64,000 nt of DNA from a virus: positions 9,535 to 73,534 of IMG/VR virus record IMGVR_UViG_3300047551_001325, one strand, 5' to 3'. Shown piece after piece: positions 56,661-64,000 of the stretch. How positions within the stretch are numbered: the first letter of the stretch is position 1; every line of letters starts with the position of its first letter. The notes under the pieces were generated by a model that made no database searches, was not told the origin of the DNA, and saw only the letters and a program-made list of their open reading frames with translations. The position numbers and the translations under genes were made by a program.

Positions 56661-59600
56661 ATGGCAAAGAGAAAACCTAAAAAAATTGAAGGTTTAATTT
56701 CTAAATCTTTAGAAGAAGCAAGAGCAGATGATGCAAGAGTAAACGCTAAAAAAGCTGATTCTCCTGCCGATACTTCTAGTACTAAAGACACCTCATCAAG
56801 GCCAACGACGCCCCTACTTACTGGTACTCCAAAAAAACCAGTACCACCTCCACCTTCTGGTGGCCCAAAACAGGTCACAAGTAGCGAGTTAACAGATGAT
56901 GAAAAAGAAATAATTGAACAAACATTGGCGTTAAGCAAAGAAAAAGCTCCAAACGAAGTTCAAAGTCCTTTTGATAGAAGACTAGCAGAGTTACCACCAC
57001 ATGTAGTCCGAGAAATACTGAAAGAAACACCTGGTAGAAACAGGGAAAGAGATCGCAAGAGAAAAGCCGACGAAAGAGGCACTCCTGAAGACAAACGGCG
57101 CACAGGTCACACCAAAGGTGAACAACGCAAAGGTGACATAAAGCGTTCAAAAGTAAAAAAGTCCAGAGAAGAACGGTCCAAGGAAGTTTCAGCTATTGCA
57201 AAGGCAAAAGTTGACAAGTTTGCAACTGAATCTGACGTTGCCGACACGAAATATAAAAAATCCCAAGCTTATGACAGGGAACTTTTAGCACCAGGCGGCT
57301 CAGAATCACCTGATCTGCCTTGGGCAATTCAAGGTGTACCAGAGTTTCTTAGAACCTACACTACTGGCGGACTCCCCGGTATAACATATGATCCAAAGAG
57401 CCCATACAGTGACAAGCACGGATATGTTAGCTCAAGAGATGGTAAAACACCAACAGAAGAAGATCTAATAGCACACCTGATATTCCTAGAGGGTGTACCT
57501 GGGATAGATGACCTAGATACTACTGAGTTAATGAGTGACTCTGGTGCCGTTAGTAAAGCTGAACTTTTACAAGACACCGGAGATGTAAGTATCGGTGGTG
57601 AGCGGGAATATGCACCAGGCTCAATTAATGTAAAAGACCTAACTGTAACAGACGCTGCAGAAAAAGCTGCTTCTAAAGCCAGTGCCAATGAATCTCAATT
57701 AGTAAAAAATACTAGACAAAGCATGGCTGAACAAGCATGGGCAGAATCGCAAGACCCTGTATATGGTGGAGGCCCAACAACATCAGAACAGCTTTTAGAA
57801 AAAGATATTGAGGTTGACCCTGAACTAGCTTCACAAAGATTAACTTTTGACGAATCTGGTAACCCAACTCTTGCTGGTAGAGGTCCTAGACCACAGGCAG
57901 AAACGCGGGAAGAAAGAGCCGCTGCTAGATCAGGATATATGAGACGACTTCTTACTAGAGCAGGATTGTATAGAGATAAATTTAGAGAAATGGAAAGAAG
58001 TGACAATACCTTTGACACTTTTTCCGCCAGAGAACCACAAAGAGATTCATACCCTAAAGGCAAAAGCGGTGATGAGGCATACCAACAAGACCTAGTAATT
58101 TATAACATTTCTTTTGGAAAGAAGTCTCAATTACAAGAGTCTCTAGAAAGAGAACAACGTGACGTACGGTTAAAGGCCGCCAATGAACACTTAGACCAAA
58201 TAGCTAACACTGGGGACGACAGTACAAGAAAACAAACAAAACAATTTATAGAAAATAATAAAATTACAGGAGAAGTTTTACTTTCCCCAGCTATCTATCA
58301 CCAGCGTTTTGGTGAAAGTGGCCTTCGTTTGGAAGGTGAAGAAGAAGGACTAACACACTCCGAATTTAAAGACTTACTGGGGTTTGACTCAGATACTAGT
58401 GAAACTAGTACGGCCTACCCACAGTCTGGTAGACAAACAACTTTAACTGAAGACCCAGCAACTGGTCAAAGAACTTATGATATTACAAGACCTGGTTTAC
58501 TAAAAAGTGTTGTTGAAGACCAACAACGCAAGTTTCCAGGAACCGAAGTTCGCTCACGTCCAAATGACCAACCCGGAGGTCCTGCGTATCTACACCGTGG
58601 TCGTGCTCCAGGAAGCATAGATTATTTATATGGTCATATATTTGATGCCTTAGAGCGTCTACCAAAACAACCAGCTGGTACAGTGCTCCCTTCCATGAAA
58701 AAGGAGGGTGACCCCACAGCTAGAAGGTCAGATAGAGTTGTTGGTAGTGGTCTAACTCGTCAACAATTGCAATATGTTAACGAGTTGCGCAAAAAAGGAA
58801 AGATTGGTATGCAGTCCTCTGAACTCTTCTCTGAAGGAGTACAGGACCCAACACTAAATCCAGAACTATTTAGAATAGACCCTGTTACAAAAGTAGAAAC
58901 CGCAAAAGATGCAGGTGGTAGATGGACACGTGCTGCTGCGCAAAAGGTAAGACAACGTGCCGAAGGTGCAGGTACTTTGGCTCAAAGACGCCTGAAGTGG
59001 GAAACACGCGAAAGTGACGAAACTGAAGAAGTAAAAGTACCAATTTATTCAGATCCTAGCCCAGACCAAAACCCATCAATAATCGGATACCGCACCGATA
59101 CTAGGAAAAAAACATTCCAATCGCCAGTGATGGAGTCTTACCAAGAAGTAGATGAAAAAGGAAACTTAAAATTTGAAAGAAAACAAAAAGTTGATGAAGC
59201 GGGCGCTCCAGTATATGACGAAAACAACAAACCAGTAATGGAAAGAGTACCCGTTATGGGTACACGCCAAGCAACAGAAGTTGTTGGTGTTGATTCGTCT
59301 GGCAGACGACCCGGTGTGTTCTTGCGTAAACCAAGAACCGTACAAGTAGGTGAAGACAAAAAAACTGGAGAACCAATTCTAGAAGATGTTCAAGGCGTAG
59401 AAAGCGAAATTACTGGCTACGGTGCAATAGCCGCAAGAGAGATACAACGACGTCTTGACAAAGGATTGATGTCCCCAGAGTTTAGACGTTCAGTTGGACT
59501 TGTCTCTGATAAAAACGCCCAAAGTCTTGCACGCACTGCAGCAAGAATTGAAGAGCAAGATGCTACGGATGAAGAGTACTTAAGAGCACTTGGTAAATCA

Positions 59601-62522
59601 GCTCAAGCTTTTAATGAACGCAAACCACATATGGCTGCTGCCTTAAAAGATTTAGAGGATGCTAGAAGAGTAAGAGCAGCTGCAGAAGAAAAAACACGAA
59701 AAGACATAGCAGCTGGAACACACACAAAATTTGACGAAGCAGGTAATGAGGTACCAGGCTTGTCTCCTTTAGGAGAAGCCCCATTTAGAGGAGACTTTGA
59801 TAGTAGTCCAGAAGGACTAGCAGAGTACCAAAAAGCAGTTAGAAGTCATACCGCACGCCGTGGGCAAGTAACCCGCGCTATAAAAGATGCTGGTAGACAA
59901 GCGGTAACTCGTCACATTGAAAGAATAAGAAACGAATCAGAACTTGAACTAGATCCTAAAACAGGTGAGTTTGTTTATGAGGAAGTAGAGTTACCAAATG
60001 GAGAAACTCTTAGAAGACCAAAACTTGCAGATATACCTGACGCAGAAAAAGGCACAACTAGAGTTTCAAATGAAATTCGTGCAACCATACTTGAACGTCT
60101 ATTAGGCACACCCCCAGCATCACGTAAACGCACTATGAAAAGAACTGTTTATGGTGGTAAGTACTTTACTGGTGAAGACGCAACAGTTAACGGTCGTTCA
60201 GTATACCCAGCAGGTCTTCAATGGAAAGGTGTGTTAGATCTTCCAAAAGATTTAGAACGAGAAGACATTGGAGATGTGTCTTACACACATGTTCCCTCAG
60301 AAAGAGAAAGAAAAGACTGGGAAAAAACTAAAGACTTCACTGGTAACACCAGTCTAAATGCAGAATCAACGATTAACAGTATCTTGAGTTCTTTACCAAA
60401 ACTTGATGAAAGTGGTCAAGTTGTTTATGCTGATGCTGAAAATCAAATACCAGAAAAAATGTTTGGTGAAGCCCCATCACAAATGCAATCATTAATTGAA
60501 GATCTCGGTATTACTGATAAAGCAGAAAGACTTGCAACCTTAAATGGTGCGGATATAACGGCAGAGGACGTAGCCCTTGCTCGTGCGGTAAAGCAGAGGG
60601 GTTACAAAGCCACTGCTTCTGGTATTTCCCCAAGAACTGAATCCGAATCTATAAGAATTGAAAAAGCACGTGCGGGCACACCAGATGTAGAGGCTGAATC
60701 ACGACTAGCACGGGTTAAAGCTGGAGAAGAACACAGAGTAGTCCAGACTGAGAGAATAAGACAAAAAGAACTTGAAGAACTAAACGCTCCTCGCGATAAA
60801 GTAACCGCTCCTGCAGTATCTGGGTATGCGGCACTTCCGTTCTTACCACAAATAAGACAAGTAATAAAAGGAAGTGATGGAAGCGTACGATACGGAAGAA
60901 CCACTGGTGTTCCTGCAACAGGCAAACAGTTTGAGGGTATTGCCCCACTACAACGTTTTGCTCCCTCACACACTGGAGAAGTGGTCACGGAAAACCCAGA
61001 TAGCCCACTTATAGACCCACTAAACCTTGGGTATCAAGAAGTACTACATCCTGATAGCAGTCGTGCTGAAGAAGGTGGAAAAGCATTGGTTTCTGCCTCC
61101 AATGAATTTGTACCAGAGAAAGAACCAGAGAAAATTGAAGGTGTTCAAGGAGAGCAAACTCCACCCAAAAAGAAAAAAGACAAAGGTATTCAAGGAAGAA
61201 ACATTCCAGCAAGAATGGGTCTTCCAAGCACAAATCCACTATCTATAAGTGGGCTAATGGACGAAAGCGGAATGATACGTTATGCCCGCTCTCCATACAT
61301 GGTAACCAGGGAGAGTAGACAGTCAAGTGACGCAGATAATGATGGTCCACTACCAGATATAGGGACAGTATCTGGTACTGGTGAACACATGCTAACTCAA
61401 TCAGAGTTTAACGACATACGTAAACAACATAAACAACATACCACTGTAGGACGCGCAGATATTGCAGATCTTCTAAAAACTTCAGCAGCACACGGTGACT
61501 TACGGGAAAACGCTGAGTACGACGCAGCAAAAGAAAAACAAGCTGTACATGAAAAGAACATTACTCGCCTAGAAAACATTATGAAAAACAGCACCATAGT
61601 TGACCCAAGAGCAACACCAGGTGTTGGTCCAGGCAAGCATGTAACTATAAATATTAACGGAAAAACACAAACATTTGAGGTTACTGGTTCATCGTCTGCT
61701 AAAGGAACTCACCAACGTCTATCACCTTCTTCACCAATAGGTGCAGCAATTTTAGGGAAGGATGTTGGACATAATTTTGATGTTCAAACTCCAAGCGGTC
61801 GTGTATCCGGTTCTATTAAAGGCATAACACTAGCCGATGAACCATCCGGAGAACCTAGTCTCATAAACGCAGATGATATCAAGACAGGTGGAGCTACCGG
61901 CGGTCCTCAGATAACTAGAGTCACCCCCTCTATAGGAACTGGCGGCTCAGAACCAAACAGACAACCAGTTAGAGGTCCAGTTAGAGGTACTGGTAACTAC
62001 GTTAGATTTGGGAGGCTTGGCAGAGGATTGCCAGAATCTGCTCCTAGTCAATCAACTAGCCAACCAAACCCCAGCACACCTACTCCTGCACCTAGTGAAT
62101 TAGAAGAAACACTGTCAAGCTTGCCCCCAGAATACAGGATGGCTCATGAACTTAGAAGAAACATTGGTTCTGCAGTAGAATCTAACATGCCAATTGCCCC
62201 TGCATTTGGTCGGTTTGCTGGCGCTGAACTTACAAAGCCCAATGTTGTACCCAATGTTGTAACTGACGAGCCAGATTTAAATACAAGACGCACAAACCTA
62301 CGATCAGGTACTGGTCGGTTCTCAGTACAACCAGGTGCTGATATTCCAACTGGTGGGACAATGCGGTTGAATCAACCTGATACAAGTTCAGTATCAGCTC
62401 TCTCGTCAGGGACAGCAACCTTACCACGTGGTTCACGATTTGTGTCATTACCAAGTACATCAAGAAACTTGTCAGGTCAATTTGGCGACACAACTACTAA
62501 AAAAGATGATGAACAATCTTGA
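56661..62522 (+). CDS. Giant (1953 aa) low-complexity protein containing a GreA domain
   Basis: Single ORF; charged P/G-rich sequence; embedded Gre-factor domain. Confidence 0.8.
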   Translation: MAKRKPKKIEGLISKSLEEARADDARVNAKKADSPADTSSTKDTSSRPTTPLLTGTPKKPVPPPPSGGPKQVTSSELTDDEKEIIEQTLALSKEKAPNEVQSPFDRRLAELPPHVVREILKETPGRNRERDRKRKADERGTPEDKRRTGHTKGEQRKGDIKRSKVKKSREERSKEVSAIAKAKVDKFATESDVADTKYKKSQAYDRELLAPGGSESPDLPWAIQGVPEFLRTYTTGGLPGITYDPKSPYSDKHGYVSSRDGKTPTEEDLIAHLIFLEGVPGIDDLDTTELMSDSGAVSKAELLQDTGDVSIGGEREYAPGSINVKDLTVTDAAEKAASKASANESQLVKNTRQSMAEQAWAESQDPVYGGGPTTSEQLLEKDIEVDPELASQRLTFDESGNPTLAGRGPRPQAETREERAAARSGYMRRLLTRAGLYRDKFREMERSDNTFDTFSAREPQRDSYPKGKSGDEAYQQDLVIYNISFGKKSQLQESLEREQRDVRLKAANEHLDQIANTGDDSTRKQTKQFIENNKITGEVLLSPAIYHQRFGESGLRLEGEEEGLTHSEFKDLLGFDSDTSETSTAYPQSGRQTTLTEDPATGQRTYDITRPGLLKSVVEDQQRKFPGTEVRSRPNDQPGGPAYLHRGRAPGSIDYLYGHIFDALERLPKQPAGTVLPSMKKEGDPTARRSDRVVGSGLTRQQLQYVNELRKKGKIGMQSSELFSEGVQDPTLNPELFRIDPVTKVETAKDAGGRWTRAAAQKVRQRAEGAGTLAQRRLKWETRESDETEEVKVPIYSDPSPDQNPSIIGYRTDTRKKTFQSPVMESYQEVDEKGNLKFERKQKVDEAGAPVYDENNKPVMERVPVMGTRQATEVVGVDSSGRRPGVFLRKPRTVQVGEDKKTGEPILEDVQGVESEITGYGAIAAREIQRRLDKGLMSPEFRRSVGLVSDKNAQSLARTAARIEEQDATDEEYLRALGKSAQAFNERKPHMAAALKDLEDARRVRAAAEEKTRKDIAAGTHTKFDEAGNEVPGLSPLGEAPFRGDFDSSPEGLAEYQKAVRSHTARRGQVTRAIKDAGRQAVTRHIERIRNESELELDPKTGEFVYEEVELPNGETLRRPKLADIPDAEKGTTRVSNEIRATILERLLGTPPASRKRTMKRTVYGGKYFTGEDATVNGRSVYPAGLQWKGVLDLPKDLEREDIGDVSYTHVPSERERKDWEKTKDFTGNTSLNAESTINSILSSLPKLDESGQVVYADAENQIPEKMFGEAPSQMQSLIEDLGITDKAERLATLNGADITAEDVALARAVKQRGYKATASGISPRTESESIRIEKARAGTPDVEAESRLARVKAGEEHRVVQTERIRQKELEELNAPRDKVTAPAVSGYAALPFLPQIRQVIKGSDGSVRYGRTTGVPATGKQFEGIAPLQRFAPSHTGEVVTENPDSPLIDPLNLGYQEVLHPDSSRAEEGGKALVSASNEFVPEKEPEKIEGVQGEQTPPKKKKDKGIQGRNIPARMGLPSTNPLSISGLMDESGMIRYARSPYMVTRESRQSSDADNDGPLPDIGTVSGTGEHMLTQSEFNDIRKQHKQHTTVGRADIADLLKTSAAHGDLRENAEYDAAKEKQAVHEKNITRLENIMKNSTIVDPRATPGVGPGKHVTININGKTQTFEVTGSSSAKGTHQRLSPSSPIGAAILGKDVGHNFDVQTPSGRVSGSIKGITLADEPSGEPSLINADDIKTGGATGGPQITRVTPSIGTGGSEPNRQPVRGPVRGTGNYVRFGRLGRGLPESAPSQSTSQPNPSTPTPAPSELEETLSSLPPEYRMAHELRRNIGSAVESNMPIAPAFGRFAGAELTKPNVVPNVVTDEPDLNTRRTNLRSGTGRFSVQPGADIPTGGTMRLNQPDTSSVSALSSGTATLPRGSRFVSLPSTSRNLSGQFGDTTTKKDDEQS
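61389..61832 (+). other. greA: GreA/GreB transcript-cleavage factor domain within the giant ORF
   Basis: MLT..F...GR..I...AAHGDLRENAEYDAAKEKQ..I..LE; C-domain LSPSSPIGAAILGKDVG..V.TPSG. Confidence 0.9.
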
Positions 62523-62569
62523 AATAACAAGTAAAAACCAGTAGCATATATTTAGAGGTAATAAACAAT

Positions 62570-62731
62570 ATGCGTAAGTACAGCAATGATGATTGGCGTA
62601 AACTAGCTAACTCACAGAACATAGACGACATTTTTGATGAAGTGTATGAAGAACAAGAAAAGCTAGAGTACAAACAAAGACGCAAGGAAAAAGAGAGACA
62701 TGGCTGCAAAGAAGACTTCTTCAACTCCTAA
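62570..62731 (+). CDS. Small charged protein (53 aa), not in ORF track
   Basis: GAGGT upstream; MRKYSNDDWRKLANSQNIDDIFDEV... Confidence 0.55.
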   Translation: MRKYSNDDWRKLANSQNIDDIFDEVYEEQEKLEYKQRRKEKERHGCKEDFFNS

Positions 62732-62840
62732 AAAGAAGAAGACTGAAAAGAAACAAGCCCCCAAACCTAAGCCAATATCAAACGTTGGTGGTGGGCAAGG
62801 TGGCATCTTAGGGGCATTTGGAGGAACCCTTGGCCGCTAG
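62700..62840 (+). CDS. Small basic protein (46 aa), not in ORF track
   Basis: MAAKKTSSTPKKKKTEKKQAPKPKPISNVGGGQGGILGAFGGTLGR. Confidence 0.55.
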   Translation: MAAKKTSSTPKKKKTEKKQAPKPKPISNVGGGQGGILGAFGGTLGR

Positions 62841-63333
62841 TCCAAACCAACAGACATTCACCGACTGGGGTGGAGGGTATGATCCTTACGTACCTGAAAG
62901 CCAGCCAATGCTCGGCCCCACGCCATCATTTAGGAACGCCAAAGACGCAAGACTAGCTGCTTGGGGCGGTTCACCAGACACCCAGTACCCAGATGGTTAC
63001 TTGGGAACTATGTCATCTAACCGAAGACAAGACAAAATTGTAAACGCTGTTGCTAGAACAAACACACGCCCATACAGCCGAGGAGTTCACAAAGGTGAAC
63101 GTATTAACGCTGGTGACTACATATGGCCAGAAGAGTTTAATCTACAGACTGGTTTACAATATCAATCTCAAGGTATGAAGTTTGCCCCACCAGGGGCAGC
63201 ACCAGTACAACTAACAAACGACGGTAAAGCAGGGCCCCGAGGGATACCGAGGGGTATTGGAAGGCAACAACAGGAAGTAATTGACATGCAAAGACGCAGC
63301 CTTCTTAAAACCCTAGCACCACCTTGGAAATGA
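62830..63333 (+). CDS. Hypothetical phage protein
   Basis: GGAGG plus TTG at 62830; YPDGYLGT..RGVHKGERI. Confidence 0.7.
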   Translation: MAASPNQQTFTDWGGGYDPYVPESQPMLGPTPSFRNAKDARLAAWGGSPDTQYPDGYLGTMSSNRRQDKIVNAVARTNTRPYSRGVHKGERINAGDYIWPEEFNLQTGLQYQSQGMKFAPPGAAPVQLTNDGKAGPRGIPRGIGRQQQEVIDMQRRSLLKTLAPPWK

Positions 63334-63362
63334 TAAACTGTTAATAACAAAGGAGGCAAATT

Positions 63363-63800
63363 ATGGCCATTAGTTCATTTAATAACGGTGGGGTTGGCGC
63401 TGGACGTGGAGATAACCCACACGGAGTAGCATCTGGTAAACCACGCACTTTTGGTACCACCAACCCTAATGCCCCTGTAGGCGTACATGCCCCTAATGTT
63501 ATGGCATTCTCATCATCTACTCGTAACGCTCCAGCTCCTTCCAAACAAGAGATTGCAGATAATACAGCCCAAGGCAAAATCTCACCAATAAGTAATGGTA
63601 GCCAAGCTGGTTATACTGTTTCTCCAGGAAAAATGGGTGATTTAAGAAGCGCTTACAAAAATATTCGACAAACACGTCCAGACCTAGATAAGGACACTGC
63701 AAGAAGTATGTCGATTTCATCTGTTGGCGGAGGAAACATGACTCAAGACGCCTACGGTAACGCTACTGACGCAAGATACACACAAAAACCAATTATGTAA
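63363..63800 (+). CDS. Hypothetical low-complexity protein
   Basis: AGGAGG SD; TGaTAAACT -10-like element upstream. Confidence 0.7.
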   Translation: MAISSFNNGGVGAGRGDNPHGVASGKPRTFGTTNPNAPVGVHAPNVMAFSSSTRNAPAPSKQEIADNTAQGKISPISNGSQAGYTVSPGKMGDLRSAYKNIRQTRPDLDKDTARSMSISSVGGGNMTQDAYGNATDARYTQKPIM

Positions 63801-63815
63801 TTAAGGAGAAATACC

Positions 63816-64000
63816 ATGACTGCACCACACATAACACTAGTTGAAGCTATGTACAAGATTCATGTAGAAGGGTTAAATCCAGGTCTTACCTTAGAAGACC
63901 AACGCAAAGCACATGAGAATCTTCAAATTCAATACAAAGATGCCATAGCCCAGGCTAGAAAACAAAACCCTCACACCTGGAACGGCGTTAGAGATAACTC
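63816..64000 (+). CDS. Hypothetical protein, 3'-truncated by the window
   Basis: AAGGAG SD; frame open to the window end. Confidence 0.6.
   Translation, partial: MTAPHITLVEAMYKIHVEGLNPGLTLEDQRKAHENLQIQYKDAIAQARKQNPHTWNGVRDN

Larger units (their letters stand above)
1..64000 (+). mobile_element. Segment of a large contractile-tailed (myovirus-like) phage genome, probable actinobacterial host
   Basis: Terminase, portal, capsid, sheath, tube, baseplate and replication genes fill the window; nearly all genes on + strand; no housekeeping operons. Confidence 0.95.

Noticed and set aside
57380-57432. YDPKSPYSDKHGYV resembles a flagellar rod FlgC motif
   Set aside because: Short match with no flanking similarity; probably chance
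61389-61832. Stand-alone greA gene or host contamination
   Set aside because: In frame with the long ORF on both sides with no stop; no clear SD before the internal Met; base composition looks like its flanks

Overview
The whole 64 kb is part of a large tailed-phage genome with a contractile (myovirus-type) tail. No host genes, integrase or CRISPR array are visible. Gene order: glycosyl- and methyltransferase, a non-canonical tRNA-Ile(UAU), a surface/membrane protein cluster, several fibre genes interrupted by holin and endolysin, terminase, portal, scaffold, N4-gp56-type major capsid, neck, sheath, tube, tail chaperone with a probable +1 frameshift extension, tape-measure-like protein and baseplate. 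A short leftward cassette follows (Dps plus four very basic small proteins), then a replication/recombination block (initiator with internal iterons, DnaC-like loader, DnaB, primase, SNF2, SSB, PolA, RecA, resolvases, Cas4-like nuclease), spoVS, and a 1953-aa low-complexity protein containing a complete GreA domain. An actinobacterial host is my inference from gene order, Gram-positive-type lysis genes and leaderless promoters. Best leads: the GreA-carrying giant protein, the atypical tRNA, a ParB-like ParA-binding peptide on a KTSC-like protein, RBS-sequestering hairpins tied to internal promoters, and the Dps cassette with a CxxCGC micro-protein. All family calls are motif recognition by eye; no searches were run.
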